From: a virus
Lineage: Duplodnaviria; Heunggongvirae; Uroviricota; Caudoviricetes
DNA: 41,157 nt
Virus record (IMG/VR): IMGVR_UViG_2648501336_000006
Span: 1-41,157 of that record
Direction: 5' to 3' (one strand)
The translations under genes were made by a program, and so were the position numbers. Positions 27,907 through 37,814 of the stretch are shown one piece after another (position 1 is the stretch's first letter; every line of letters begins with the position of its first letter). The notes below the pieces were generated by a model that worked only from the letters and a program-made list of their open reading frames with translations, made no database searches and was not told the DNA's origin.

Positions 27907-28859
27907 TGGCTGATTCGAATCTCAATGAGCCGGTAATCATTCAGGCTACACGACTCGACACATCAGTCCTTCCACGCAATATCTTCTCGCAGTCATATCT
28001 GCTGTACGTTATCGCACAGGGTGCTGATGTTGGTAACGTGGCTAACAAGGCCAACGAAGCAGGGAAGGGGGCTTATGATGCACAGGTGAAGAATGATGAG
28101 CAGGATGTCACCCTTGCAGACCATGAATCCAGAATTGCTGCTGCTGAAGCAACTCTCGTCAATCATGAACATAGAATCGCAGCAGCGGAAAGCACTCTTG
28201 CAGATCATGAAACAAGGATTACGGCTGCCGAAACAGAGCTGGCTGATCACGAGACGCGAATTGCTGCCAATGAATCTGAGTTAGCAAACCATGATGCGCG
28301 AATAACTCAGAATACAACCGATATCAACGCACTTGATACCAGGCTCACAGCGGCAGAGGGAAGTATTTCGACGCTACAAAGCACAGTTGGTGATCACTCA
28401 ACAAGAATATCTGCGCTTGAGTATGCCACCACGAGCAAGAAATCAGAGGTTGTTTACTCAGGAGTATCGGTAACCATTCCAACAGCGCCGACCAACCTTG
28501 TTAGCCTGCTGAAAACGCTCACACCGTCATCCGGCACGTTGGCACCATTCTTCGACACCGTTAACAACAAGATGGTTGTGTTCAACGAGAACAAAACCCT
28601 GTTCTTCAAGTTGTCGATTGTCGGGGCTTGGCCCAGCGGAACCGCCAACAGATCAATGCAACTAACCTTTTCCGGCTCTGTTCCTGACACACTTGTGAGC
28701 AGTCGTAATGCGGCGACAACAACCGATAACATCTTGTTAGCTACGTTCTTCAGCGTGGATAAAGACGGCTTTCTTGCCACAAATGGCAGCACGTTAACCA
28801 TTCAGTCAAATGGTGCGGCGTTTACTGCCACAACCATCAAAATCATTGCGGAGCAGTGA
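27906..28859 (+). CDS. Tail needle (P22 gp26 homolog) with extended C-terminal knob domain, 317 aa
   Basis: N-terminus matches P22 gp26 ([34 protein letters not shown]); 317 aa versus about 233 aa in P22; 14-residue repeat coiled coil. Confidence 0.9.
   Translation: MADSNLNEPVIIQATRLDTSVLPRNIFSQSYLLYVIAQGADVGNVANKANEAGKGAYDAQVKNDEQDVTLADHESRIAAAEATLVNHEHRIAAAESTLADHETRITAAETELADHETRIAANESELANHDARITQNTTDINALDTRLTAAEGSISTLQSTVGDHSTRISALEYATTSKKSEVVYSGVSVTIPTAPTNLVSLLKTLTPSSGTLAPFFDTVNNKMVVFNENKTLFFKLSIVGAWPSGTANRSMQLTFSGSVPDTLVSSRNAATTTDNILLATFFSVDKDGFLATNGSTLTIQSNGAAFTATTIKIIAEQ
28115..28310 (+). repeat. Tandem 42-bp (14-codon) repeats, about 4.5 copies, inside the tail needle gene
   Basis: Peptide units [14 protein letters not shown] / [14 protein letters not shown] / [14 protein letters not shown] / [14 protein letters not shown] / [14 protein letters not shown]. 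Confidence 0.8.
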
Positions 28860-29338
28860 TGGAAATAAAGCTCATCGATAATCCGGTGAAGCTTGCAGAA
28901 TTCCTCAACAACCCGGCAAACACGGGAAATATCGTAGACAGTGGAGATAAATACTACATCAAGCCTGATGCGGTATATCTCGGCATCTACGAAGGATTAG
29001 TGCTGGCTGGCGTTCATGAAGTGCGTAACTTCTGGCATAGCGTTGTTGAATGCCATGCGGTGTATGACCCCGGATTCCGTGGCGAATATGCACTGCAAGG
29101 GCATCGATTATTCTGTAAATGGCTTCTCGAAAACTCACCATTCCTTAACAGCATTACCATGGTTCCTGACACCACGAAATACGGACGGTCAATTATCCGT
29201 TTGCTTGGCGCTACCCGTGTTGGTCACCTTGATGATGCTTATACCAGCAATGGAAAGCCTGTAGGCATCACGATTTATCAGTTACCGCGCTCAAAATATG
29301 AGGAGCTAAAGAATGTTAATTTTCCAGATTGCCAATAA
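28859..29338 (+). CDS. Virion protein in gp14 position, 159 aa
   Basis: Positional homolog of P22 gene 14; ATG overlaps the tail needle stop (GTGATGG); GGAG SD. Confidence 0.6.
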   Translation: MEIKLIDNPVKLAEFLNNPANTGNIVDSGDKYYIKPDAVYLGIYEGLVLAGVHEVRNFWHSVVECHAVYDPGFRGEYALQGHRLFCKWLLENSPFLNSITMVPDTTKYGRSIIRLLGATRVGHLDDAYTSNGKPVGITIYQLPRSKYEELKNVNFPDCQ

Positions 29339-29987
29339 GCACCTCAGCAAAGCTGTTTACTGCAAAGGTGGCAGTGATGGCGGTTCAAAAGCCCAGGCAC
29401 GCGCAACTGAAAAGGGTATCGAATTGCAGCGTGAAATGTGGCAGACGAACATGCAAAACCTTGCACCGTTCACTCCACTCGCTCAGCAGTATGTATCAGA
29501 GTTGCAGAATCTTTCCTCTCTTCAGGGGCAAGGTCAGGCGCTTAACCAGTATTACAACTCCCAGCAGTATAAAGACCTTGCAGGGCAGGCGCGTTACCAG
29601 AGTCTGGCAGCAGCAGAGGCAACGGGTGGATTAGGGGCTACAGCAACAGGAAACCAGTTAGCAGCAATCGCACCTACACTCGGTCAAAACTGGCTGTCAG
29701 GTCAGATGAACAACTACAACAATCTGGCAAATATCGGCCTTGGTGCTCTTACAGGTCAGGCAAATGCCGGACAGAACTACGCTAACAACGTCAGCCAATT
29801 GTATCAACAGCAGGCGGCAGCATCTGCGGCTAATGCTAACCGACCATCAGGACTGCAATCAGCCTTGGGTGGTGCCATGAGCGGTGCTGCATCAGGGGCG
29901 ATGATTGGCTCTGTGGTGCCAGGAATAGGTACGGCTGTTGGCGCTATTGGTGGCGGCATTATCGGTGGTCTTGGATCATTGTTTTAA
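29313..29987 (+). CDS. Ejection protein (gp7-like), 224 aa, Q/N/G/A-rich
   Basis: Position and low-complexity composition typical of P22-like E-proteins. Confidence 0.7.
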   Translation: MLIFQIANKHLSKAVYCKGGSDGGSKAQARATEKGIELQREMWQTNMQNLAPFTPLAQQYVSELQNLSSLQGQGQALNQYYNSQQYKDLAGQARYQSLAAAEATGGLGATATGNQLAAIAPTLGQNWLSGQMNNYNNLANIGLGALTGQANAGQNYANNVSQLYQQQAAASAANANRPSGLQSALGGAMSGAASGAMIGSVVPGIGTAVGAIGGGIIGGLGSLF

Positions 29988-29996
29988 GGTGGGAAT

Positions 29997-31340
29997 ATGG
30001 CTACTTGGCAACAAGGAATCAACTCAGGCGGTTTTCTTGCTGGCATTGGTGCGCAAAACGAGAATGCGCCAAAGGCAAGCGACGTTAACGCAACGCTTGG
30101 TCTGATCCGCGAAAACAATGAACTGGCTCGCTCAGGTGCAAATAACGTTGGTCTGACCGCGTTACGTGGTCTGGCTGGAGTTGCTGATATTTATAAGCAG
30201 GAACAGCAACAGAAAGCGATTAATGCGTTCAATAAGGTTCATGCTGATGCATGGGCTTCTGGTGATCCATCGGGACTATTTAAGTTTGCCCAGGAAAATC
30301 CAGCGTTTGTTGCACAGGCACAACAGGCATTTTCCGGTCTTAATGAGCAGCAACGCAACGATATGGGCGATTTAGCCATGAGGGCTAACGTCGCTCTTTC
30401 TCAGGGACCGGAAGCCTACAGTAAATTCATTACTGACAACAAGGACAGGTTAAATCGCGTGGGAGCGAATGCTGACTGGATGATTCAGACAGGTATTCAG
30501 AATCCAGAGCAGCTATCACACATGCTGACCACTATGACGCTAGGGGCTGTTGGCCCGGATAAAATGCTGGATTATCAGGATAAGATGGTTGGTCGCCAAC
30601 TTGAGAAAGGGCGATTGGATGAAAGCATCCGTCAGGCTGACATGGAGAACGCGAGAGGATGGGCAAATATCCAAAACGCTCAACTAGACAGGGCTCAGCG
30701 GGCACAAATGCACTCAGATGAGATGGGATTGAAGCTAATGGAGCTGGGGCAAAAAGGTAAGCCGTCAGCAGACTTAATTAAGGGATTAAATTCTGATATT
30801 ACCAATTTTGGCAAAAATTATAACTCTGTCAGAGCGGCGGCAAACTCTCTGCAAGCCCTTAGCAAGGTAAATACTGGCGCTGCCCAACTTGGGATTATCT
30901 TTAATTACATGAAGTCTCTCGACCCTCAGTCAGTTGTTCGCGAAGGTGAACAGGTTCAGGTCATGCGCTCTGATGGCATATGGGGGCAGATAAAAGGATA
31001 TGTAGACCAGCTTAATGCAGGGAATGGCTTGTCACAGGAAGCGAGGGATAACATTGTTAACGCAGCCAAAATTAACGCCAACGCTATGGGGCAGCAGTTT
31101 AACCAGCAGGTAGACGAATATCTGGATACGTATGGAGATACTATTCCTCAAGGGCTGAAAAAAAGCTTAGGGAGAAGGAAGGCCAAGCTATTTGACGATG
31201 TCCCAGCGCAGCCTACACCACAAGGTGGTAATGGGCAGACAAAAGCTGCGCCAAGTGGGATATCAGAAGGCGCGACGGCAACGAACCCTAAAACTGGTCA
31301 GAAACTCATTTATAGGAACGGACAATGGCAACCGATGTAG
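29997..31340 (+). CDS. Ejection protein (gp20-like), 447 aa
   Basis: N-terminus [12 protein letters not shown] resembles P22 gp20 as recalled; position. Confidence 0.75.
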   Translation: MATWQQGINSGGFLAGIGAQNENAPKASDVNATLGLIRENNELARSGANNVGLTALRGLAGVADIYKQEQQQKAINAFNKVHADAWASGDPSGLFKFAQENPAFVAQAQQAFSGLNEQQRNDMGDLAMRANVALSQGPEAYSKFITDNKDRLNRVGANADWMIQTGIQNPEQLSHMLTTMTLGAVGPDKMLDYQDKMVGRQLEKGRLDESIRQADMENARGWANIQNAQLDRAQRAQMHSDEMGLKLMELGQKGKPSADLIKGLNSDITNFGKNYNSVRAAANSLQALSKVNTGAAQLGIIFNYMKSLDPQSVVREGEQVQVMRSDGIWGQIKGYVDQLNAGNGLSQEARDNIVNAAKINANAMGQQFNQQVDEYLDTYGDTIPQGLKKSLGRRKAKLFDDVPAQPTPQGGNGQTKAAPSGISEGATATNPKTGQKLIYRNGQWQPM

Positions 31341-33493
31341 GTTTACCCGAAGGATTTGTTCTCGATAATCAGCCTGATAACTCACAGCTTCCTGATGGTT
31401 TTGTGCTTGATTCCCAACCAGAACAGCAGCAATCTCCTTTGGTTTCACCAGAGGAAAATTCCCGACAGGAAAATGTTGTTAATAATGCTAACGGTTTCGA
31501 CCGTTTTATGTATGGCGTTCTCAGTGGATTGATGGATGTTGGTAAAGGTGTTGGCCTGTTTCAGGATATGACACCAGAAGAGCAAGCCGCAATTCAGTCT
31601 CTACAGCAGAAGTTAGCGGCAAAACCATCAACCGCACAAGATGTTGGTGAGTTCGTTGGACAAGCAGCGCCATTTGTTAGTGGCGGTGGGATTATTTCTC
31701 AGGTTCCCAAAGGGGCGGCAAGGCTGGCTGCCGCCGCAGGGCTTGGTGCGGTTGAAGGTGGTGTTGTTGCTAACGGAACCGGTGGCAATGTAACTACAGG
31801 GGCGACTATAGGTGCTGCCGCTGGTCCAATTGCTGAATTGGCATCTCCAGTGATTAGTAAAGCAGTCAGTGCGGTTACGAAGAGGTTTAGGCCTCCATCG
31901 GCAGAAATGTCTCAGGCATCTGAACTTAGTGGAATGGCGAAGGTTGCAACGAAAGCTACAGATGTGAATCCAATAACAGGAAACAGATCTGGTTTGAATG
32001 CTCTCGCGGAAGCTGTTTCACCAGATGATTCTGTGCTACAGGCCGCCCGCAATCTTGGGATGGAGGATGCCTTAACTCCCGGCATGTACTCCAGCAACCC
32101 TTCTTACCGCGCGTTTGAAAATGCTTTAGCTGCAACCCCAGGTAATAAACTGTTCCACGCACAGAGAGAGGCCATTAGTAGGCTTGGAGAGCAGGCAGAT
32201 AAATTTATTAATGATTTTGGTGGGAGCGTTGATAAGGACTTTATCAATCAAAAGGTAAAAAGCTCTTATGAGGAGTTAAGATCAAAACTGAAGCGCCAAG
32301 AAGACACTCTATACAATCAAATTAGAGCAAAAATTCCAACCAGAGCTACCGTAGATACCTCCCATACCACTAACGCCATTGAGGATATTGCAGATGATGT
32401 CGGTGGGCTAGAAAAACTAAAATCTCTATATCCTCAACTGTCAAAGACCTTGGAACAAATAGACCCAAACACCGCCCCGACTTATGGTCTTCTTGATGCA
32501 GTTCGACGGCAGGTTGGAAGGGCTCTTGGCAAAGAGATGGATAAAGGGCCATATAGCGGCATCGACGCTCGGCACCTTGGAATTCTTGAAAGCGCACTGA
32601 TACAAGATCAAGGAGCCGCTGCTGCCAAATATGGTGCAGAGGATACATGGAATTTAGCTAGAGAGATCGGGAGAAAGAGATTCGCAGTACAGGCAGCCGC
32701 CATTCAAAATCTTGGCAGAGACCTGGATAAAGGAATAGTGCCGCAATTGCAGCAAGCTATCGTCGACATGTCTCAAGGAAAGGGCGGTGACTTCCGTCGC
32801 CTAGTTTCAAATCTTCCTGATGACATGGTGCAACCAGCTGTTGCCACCGCAATGAATAGGGCTTTCACTACGTTCGCTAAATCTCCCGGGCAGTCACTCG
32901 GTGTTCCTGGATTTGTTAAGTGGTATGGAGGTCTATCAAGAAACAAATCAAATATGCAGGCATTGAGCCGGGCAATTGGCTATCCGGCTACGCGTAGGTT
33001 GAGAAACATCTATGAGGTGGCTTCTGGCATGCAAAGGGTGGGCAGCGAGAAGGTGTATTCCTCCTCTCAAATTGACCGGATGATGAATCAGTTCGCAGGA
33101 GAGAAGGGAATGCTTGGGCGTATATATGGAATAGGAAAAGACGTGGCTAAAGCAGAGGGGCTAACCACTGCCATCGGAGCGCCGGGAGCCGGTACGGCAG
33201 GAGTACTCTTTAGCCTACTCCGTTCTGGTAAAAACTCAAGAATGGCTGCCGCTGATGAATTAATAGCATCTCCGGCTTTTAAAAATCTCTCAAAAAGGAT
33301 TGCCGCAGGTCACGCCAGCACTCCAGCCTCTAGGAAATCGGTGGATGCTTCAATGAAGAAAGTGAAACCATATAGGGATTGGGTAAATACGCTATCAGCG
33401 GACGAGAAGAAAAATCTAGCCCGCGTTGGTATTGTCGCTTTTCTCAGTAGTAACGATTCTTTGCCCACAGAGCAACAAGCAGGGCAACAATAA
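31325..33493 (+). CDS. Ejection protein (gp16-like), 722 aa
   Basis: Position after gp20; large low-complexity protein; overlaps gp20 stop. Confidence 0.7.
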   Translation: MATDVGLPEGFVLDNQPDNSQLPDGFVLDSQPEQQQSPLVSPEENSRQENVVNNANGFDRFMYGVLSGLMDVGKGVGLFQDMTPEEQAAIQSLQQKLAAKPSTAQDVGEFVGQAAPFVSGGGIISQVPKGAARLAAAAGLGAVEGGVVANGTGGNVTTGATIGAAAGPIAELASPVISKAVSAVTKRFRPPSAEMSQASELSGMAKVATKATDVNPITGNRSGLNALAEAVSPDDSVLQAARNLGMEDALTPGMYSSNPSYRAFENALAATPGNKLFHAQREAISRLGEQADKFINDFGGSVDKDFINQKVKSSYEELRSKLKRQEDTLYNQIRAKIPTRATVDTSHTTNAIEDIADDVGGLEKLKSLYPQLSKTLEQIDPNTAPTYGLLDAVRRQVGRALGKEMDKGPYSGIDARHLGILESALIQDQGAAAAKYGAEDTWNLAREIGRKRFAVQAAAIQNLGRDLDKGIVPQLQQAIVDMSQGKGGDFRRLVSNLPDDMVQPAVATAMNRAFTTFAKSPGQSLGVPGFVKWYGGLSRNKSNMQALSRAIGYPATRRLRNIYEVASGMQRVGSEKVYSSSQIDRMMNQFAGEKGMLGRIYGIGKDVAKAEGLTTAIGAPGAGTAGVLFSLLRSGKNSRMAAADELIASPAFKNLSKRIAAGHASTPASRKSVDASMKKVKPYRDWVNTLSADEKKNLARVGIVAFLSSNDSLPTEQQAGQQ

Positions 33494-33538
33494 TCGAACC
33501 GACTGTTACCATATTAACCTCCCGATAGCCATGGATGG

Positions 33539-33838
33539 CTATTCTGACATCCTTTTTAATTTATTGTATGACTCTATAGAATCTGTGCACAACTTCATGA
33601 ACTCTTGAAGTGACATTCCTAGGCGAGAAATTTCCGTATTCAAAAAACGTTCAATAAATTCATCTCCGCCTGGCATCTGGGTTGCTTCTTGAAAAGCAAA
33701 CATTTGTTTAAATGTTCCACACATACCAGCAACTTTAGCTGTAACTAACATGTCGTTAGCAAATTTCAGATCCTTATCTTGCGATTGTGCAAGACCACTA
33801 ATTAGAAAACAGAATGCACCTATAACCCATCGCTTCAC
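33539..33838 (-). CDS. Small secreted protein (99 aa) with Sec signal peptide, antisense to the virion operon
   Basis: GTG start with GGAGG 5 nt upstream; signal peptide KRWVIGAFCFLISGLAQS-QD; AT-rich context. Confidence 0.55.
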   Translation of the reverse strand: MKRWVIGAFCFLISGLAQSQDKDLKFANDMLVTAKVAGMCGTFKQMFAFQEATQMPGGDEFIERFLNTEISRLGMSLQEFMKLCTDSIESYNKLKRMSE

Positions 33839-34219
33839 ACCAACCTCCAACCTCCTTAGTTTTGAGCAGGATACCAGATGATACTTTATTGGTGGAGTGG
33901 TGTGTGAAAACGTGTCAACGACAAACCATCCACAACTTGGACGAATGATTTAGCAAAAAGTGCTATTTTTGGTGTTTAGTGTCATAGAAAAGTGAATAGC
34001 TCACTTTTCAACATTGCATGAAACTTGCAGGAAATGTGACATTACCTTATAGGTAACTTCGGCGAAAATGCAGTAAATGTGAAACGTAATGATTTAAACG
34101 TGTCGAGAAAGTGGTTGTAAGTTAGCCTCTGAAGGATTGATGACAGCTTTGTTATGGTATTAAATGCAACTTGACACAGTTGTATACATAGCTGCGGCTA
34201 TCAAGATGGAGGTATGTTT

Positions 34220-34663
34220 ATGCTCACTTGTTTTGATGTCGCCGACTACTTCTTGGCGCATTGCGATGAAGAAAGTGGCGACATTATCTCTAACCTAAAA
34301 ATTCAGAAGTTGACGTATTATGCCCAAGGGTTTTCTCTGGTTCTTCTGGGTAAGCCGCTATTTAATGAGAAAATTGAAGCCTGGATGCATGGGCCAGTAG
34401 TTCCTGAATTGTATCGTAAATATAGGGACTGTGGTAACGGAGCTTTACCTGCGCCAGAAAACTTTGACGCTAAAAAATTCAGTGAAGATGAAATTGAATT
34501 GCTGGATGAGGTGTATAAAGTTTATGGTCAGTTTTCTGCCTGGAAACTGCGCAATATGACTCACGAAGAGCAGCCATGGAAAGATGCTTACATTGAGGGT
34601 GCGGTTAGCCAAGAAATCACACTTGATTCTATGAAAGGTTTTTTCAAAACGTTAATTAACTGA
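34220..34663 (+). CDS. Panacea (DUF4065)-like domain protein, putative antitoxin-type component, 147 aa
   Basis: Motifs KIQKLTYYAQGFSL...GKPLF.E.IEAWMHGPVVPELY recalled as typical of DUF4065/GepA/SocA-like proteins; GGAGG SD 7 nt upstream of ATG 34220. Confidence 0.55.
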   Translation: MLTCFDVADYFLAHCDEESGDIISNLKIQKLTYYAQGFSLVLLGKPLFNEKIEAWMHGPVVPELYRKYRDCGNGALPAPENFDAKKFSEDEIELLDEVYKVYGQFSAWKLRNMTHEEQPWKDAYIEGAVSQEITLDSMKGFFKTLIN

Positions 34664-34668
34664 CGTGT

Positions 34669-35091
34669 ATGTCTAGAGTTAAGGGAAGAATAAAACAGAG
34701 GGATAAAGAGAGCTCTGCTACTGTTGGCCTCTCTATCCATCACGAATCTCATGATGTAGACAAAAGTCCGCCTGTATTTTCTCTTAGATACCTACAAAAG
34801 GGGTATTGCCTGGATTGCTGCCAAAAGCATGAAAAGGCAGCATTTGCAGATAGGCTGTTCAGGTTAAGTCAGATGTCATGGGATGAGATACGAAAATCTG
34901 ATAAACACGGACTTGGGACGGAAAAAATTGCCAGAAACGCGATAAAGGCTCCGATTCCTAAGCATGTTACTCAAGATGTGGATTTCATTGCGTTCAGGTT
35001 TTGCTCTAAGGCACCTATGGTTGGTTATAAGATTGGAGCCACTTTTTATGTCTTATGGCTCGACAGGGAGTTCAAGCTATACAAGCACTAA
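34669..35091 (+). CDS. Unknown 140-aa basic protein, operon partner of the Panacea-like gene
   Basis: ATG 5 nt after the upstream stop; followed by a terminator; no domain recognised. Confidence 0.55.
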   Translation: MSRVKGRIKQRDKESSATVGLSIHHESHDVDKSPPVFSLRYLQKGYCLDCCQKHEKAAFADRLFRLSQMSWDEIRKSDKHGLGTEKIARNAIKAPIPKHVTQDVDFIAFRFCSKAPMVGYKIGATFYVLWLDREFKLYKH

Positions 35092-35095
35092 TAAA

Positions 35096-35122
35096 ACCCA
35101 CCGTCAGGTGGGTTTTTTATCT
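35096..35122 (+). terminator. Intrinsic terminator after the two-gene cargo operon (hairpin shared with convergent gene)
   Basis: ACCCACC-GTCA-GGTGGGT followed by TTTTTTAT. Confidence 0.75.
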
Positions 35123-35370
35123 TCTCCGTACATGCTGCTGAGAGTCTTAAGAAGAGCCTCCCTAAATTTTTCAGATTCTTGTTGAGCAAAACCTTCTATC
35201 GATCTTGGTGATTTTTCTTCATCAATAGCGGCTTGCAAGATCATAACTATTTCTGAATTTAATGAACGACCGTTTCTCGATGCCCTTATGGTCAAGTCGC
35301 GCTTGAGGCTATCTGGCATTCTTACGCTATATGGGGCTATGTCTCTAACCTTTGTTTTCATCGTTGCCAT
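35104..35370 (-). CDS. Ribbon-helix-helix (Arc/Mnt family) DNA-binding protein, 88 aa
   Basis: RMPDSLKRDLTIRASRNGRSLNSEIV motif (NGRS.NSEI) characteristic of Arc/Mnt RHH repressors. Confidence 0.7.
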   Translation of the reverse strand: MATMKTKVRDIAPYSVRMPDSLKRDLTIRASRNGRSLNSEIVMILQAAIDEEKSPRSIEGFAQQESEKFREALLKTLSSMYGEDKKPT

Positions 35371-35602
35371 ACATGCATTTCAACTTCTCAACATCATGCT
35401 CAAGATCTATCAATCGTGATGCTATAGTTGCAAGATCTAGTGCTTGAATGTGTTTGTTTTTTTCGGTCCATGCTTCAAGTGCTGCGACCATCTCAGCATT
35501 TAATGAACGAGAATTAGCCTCAGCCAGTTCAATAAGACGTTCCTTTATCTCTACAGGAAGCCTCAGATTCACTTGAGGGTTTTTGTACTTACGATCAGAC
35601 AT
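35345..35602 (-). CDS. Mnt-like ribbon-helix-helix repressor, 85 aa (positional mnt)
   Basis: NLRLPVEIKERLIELAEANSRSLNAEMV; divergent from the arc-ant promoter; overlaps downstream RHH gene by 26 nt. Confidence 0.7.
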   Translation of the reverse strand: MSDRKYKNPQVNLRLPVEIKERLIELAEANSRSLNAEMVAALEAWTEKNKHIQALDLATIASRLIDLEHDVEKLKCMYGNDENKG

Positions 35603-35648
35603 CGGCGCATCCTGAATAAATTTTTACCACAGGATATGTAGGTATCTA

Positions 35649-35677
35649 TTGACTATCAATGCGTACCTAAATACTAT
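35649..35677 (+). promoter_or_regulatory. Pant-like promoter (TTGACT-17-TACTAT) with flanking imperfect palindromes
   Basis: Hexamers at 35649-35654 and 35672-35677; repeated GCGTACC motifs nearby. Confidence 0.55.
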
Positions 35678-35707
35678 GTATGCGTACCACATACAACGGA
35701 GGACGCA

Positions 35708-35848
35708 ATGAAGGTAAAAACACTGCGTATGCCAGAGAAGTTAGAAAAAATCCTTGAAGAGAAAGCAAAGGAAGAGTGTCGCTCATTTAGCGCAGAAGTA
35801 ATTAAACGGGTGATGGACAGCCTGAAGAGAGAGGGGATAACGGTGTGA
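35708..35848 (+). CDS. Arc-like ribbon-helix-helix repressor, 46 aa
   Basis: Hand-translated MKVKTLRMPEKLEKILEEKAKEECRSFSAEVIKRVMDSLKREGITV; GGAGG SD 6 nt upstream; below ORF-track cutoff. Confidence 0.6.
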   Translation: MKVKTLRMPEKLEKILEEKAKEECRSFSAEVIKRVMDSLKREGITV

Positions 35849-36080
35849 TTCGCTTGGATGCAGTAGTCAAAGAGATTGCGATTACCATTTTAAGACCAAA
35901 TTTTGTTCATGGCGAATCATTTGGCACGAACGAAAAATTGAGAAGAGAAAGAGTATTCAGTGGCAAGCGCACGTTTTCAGAAGTGATGCTTGATGCGGCA
36001 AAGAAATCAAAACAGTGAAGCCCCAACTGCTGGAACAGTCAGGGCTTCGGTTGTCGGTAAATCCGTGGAGAAAAACCAAC

Positions 36081-36983
36081 ATGAATAGTATAGCAATTTT
36101 AGAAGCAGTGAACACCTCTTACGTACCATTCAACGGTCAGCAAATTATCACCGCCATGGCTGCCGGAGTTGCATATGTTGCGATGAAGCCAATCGTTGAA
36201 AACCTTGGAATGAGCTGGTCAACGCAGCAAACAAAACTCATGAAGCAGATTAGCAAATTCAACTGTGTTCATATGAACATGGTTGCCGCTGATGGAAAGC
36301 TTCGTAAGCTACTCTGCCTTCCTTTGAAGAAGTTAAATGGATGGCTGTTCAGCATCAACCCTGAGAAAGTTCGTGCTGACATCCGCGATAAACTGATTCA
36401 GTACCAGGAAGAATGCTTTACTGTGCTGCATGACTACTGGACAAAGGGAAAGGCAGAAAATACACGTAAGAAAACATCTGTTGATGACAGGACTCCGCTT
36501 CGTGATGCTGTAAATATGCTGGTCAGCAAAAAGCATCTAATGTACCCAGAAGCTTATGCAATGATTCATCAGCGTTTCAATGTGGAAAGTATTGAAGAGC
36601 TTGATGCATCTCAGATACCGCAAGCCGTAGAGTACATCCACAGGGTAGTGCTTGAAGGTGAGTTCATCGGCAAACAAGAGAAGAAAACCAACGAGCTTTC
36701 TGCAAAAGAAGCAAACAGCCTTGTATGGCTATGGGATTATGCCAACCGCTCACAGGCATTATTCCGCGAACTGTATCCGGCATTAAAACAAATTCAATCG
36801 AACTATTCCGGCAGATGTCATGACTGCGGTTATGAGTTCTCCCGTATTATCGATATAGCGAGAGACGTTTTAATTAATCACACACGAGATGTTGATATCA
36901 ATGAGCCAGACGGACCAACGAATCTTTCCGCATGGATGAGGCTTAAGAATAAAGAATTGCCGCCTTCTGTTCATCTGTATTAA
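36081..36983 (+). CDS. ant: Antirepressor Ant (P22 Ant type), 300 aa
   Basis: ORF track start is GTG; ATG at 36081 gives 300 aa, the P22 Ant length; N-terminus [22 protein letters not shown] recalled as P22 Ant. Confidence 0.8.
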   Translation: MNSIAILEAVNTSYVPFNGQQIITAMAAGVAYVAMKPIVENLGMSWSTQQTKLMKQISKFNCVHMNMVAADGKLRKLLCLPLKKLNGWLFSINPEKVRADIRDKLIQYQEECFTVLHDYWTKGKAENTRKKTSVDDRTPLRDAVNMLVSKKHLMYPEAYAMIHQRFNVESIEELDASQIPQAVEYIHRVVLEGEFIGKQEKKTNELSAKEANSLVWLWDYANRSQALFRELYPALKQIQSNYSGRCHDCGYEFSRIIDIARDVLINHTRDVDINEPDGPTNLSAWMRLKNKELPPSVHLY

Positions 36984-37066
36984 TGACGCATCTGGCGGTG
37001 AAAAAAACCGCCAGTGTGCTGCTGGCGGCCTATGTCACACCCTTACTACCACATAAGGAATGCCTA

Positions 37067-37795
37067 ATGACTTTTAAGAATGTAGCAAACATCGGATCCG
37101 TTGTCACGGATAAAACCATTGACAGCCAGCGCCTGCTTGAGATGGTAAATCAGGCTCGTAGACAGTGCGGTGAGCCGGAGGTTCGTAATAACAAATTCAT
37201 CGAGAAAATTGAAGATGAATTGGATGGAGAGCACTACACAAAAAGTGTAGTGCAAAAAGCGAACAAAACTTCGATGGTTATCATTGAGATGTCAATCAAG
37301 CAAGCATTGCGAGTTGCCGCTCGCGAGTCAAAAGCCGTTCGCCGCTCACTGGTAGACCAACTTGAAAGTATGCAAGAAGCGCACATTAAAAGCGGTAAAT
37401 CAGCGAGTGGACTTGTTGAGTATCGTCAAGCGCGAACATTGAAAATGACGGTTGAAGCTGTTACCAATCTGTTCGATCTGATGCCAAATCTTGCGCCGGA
37501 AGCAAAGCAGACTGCTGCAGCAAGCATAATCAACCCGCTCGTTGGTTTTAATGCAATACCTCTTCCGGCAATAGAAGAGCATTACTACTCAGCAGGGGAG
37601 GTTGCAGAGCAGCTTGGAGTAACGGCCAACAAGATTGGTCGCATTGCTAACGCAAACAACCTCAAAACTGAGCAGTACGGGAAGTTCTTCCTGGATAAAT
37701 CTGCGCATTCCAGCAAACAGGTGGAAGCATTCCGCTACAATGAGGAAGGCGTTAAAGCACTACAACACCTGCTACATGGCTCAAATGTGGCGTAA
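37067..37795 (+). CDS. Hypothetical protein downstream of ant (242 aa)
   Basis: ATG at 37067 with AAGGAA SD; followed by a bidirectional terminator; no domain recognised. Confidence 0.5.
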   Translation: MTFKNVANIGSVVTDKTIDSQRLLEMVNQARRQCGEPEVRNNKFIEKIEDELDGEHYTKSVVQKANKTSMVIIEMSIKQALRVAARESKAVRRSLVDQLESMQEAHIKSGKSASGLVEYRQARTLKMTVEAVTNLFDLMPNLAPEAKQTAAASIINPLVGFNAIPLPAIEEHYYSAGEVAEQLGVTANKIGRIANANNLKTEQYGKFFLDKSAHSSKQVEAFRYNEEGVKALQHLLHGSNVA

Positions 37796-37814
37796 CATTT
37801 TATAATGAAAACTA

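Noticed and set aside
33426-33608. 60-aa plus-strand ORF overlapping the end of gp16
   Set aside because: Overlaps the gp16 coding sequence and then runs antisense to the secreted-protein gene; no SD.
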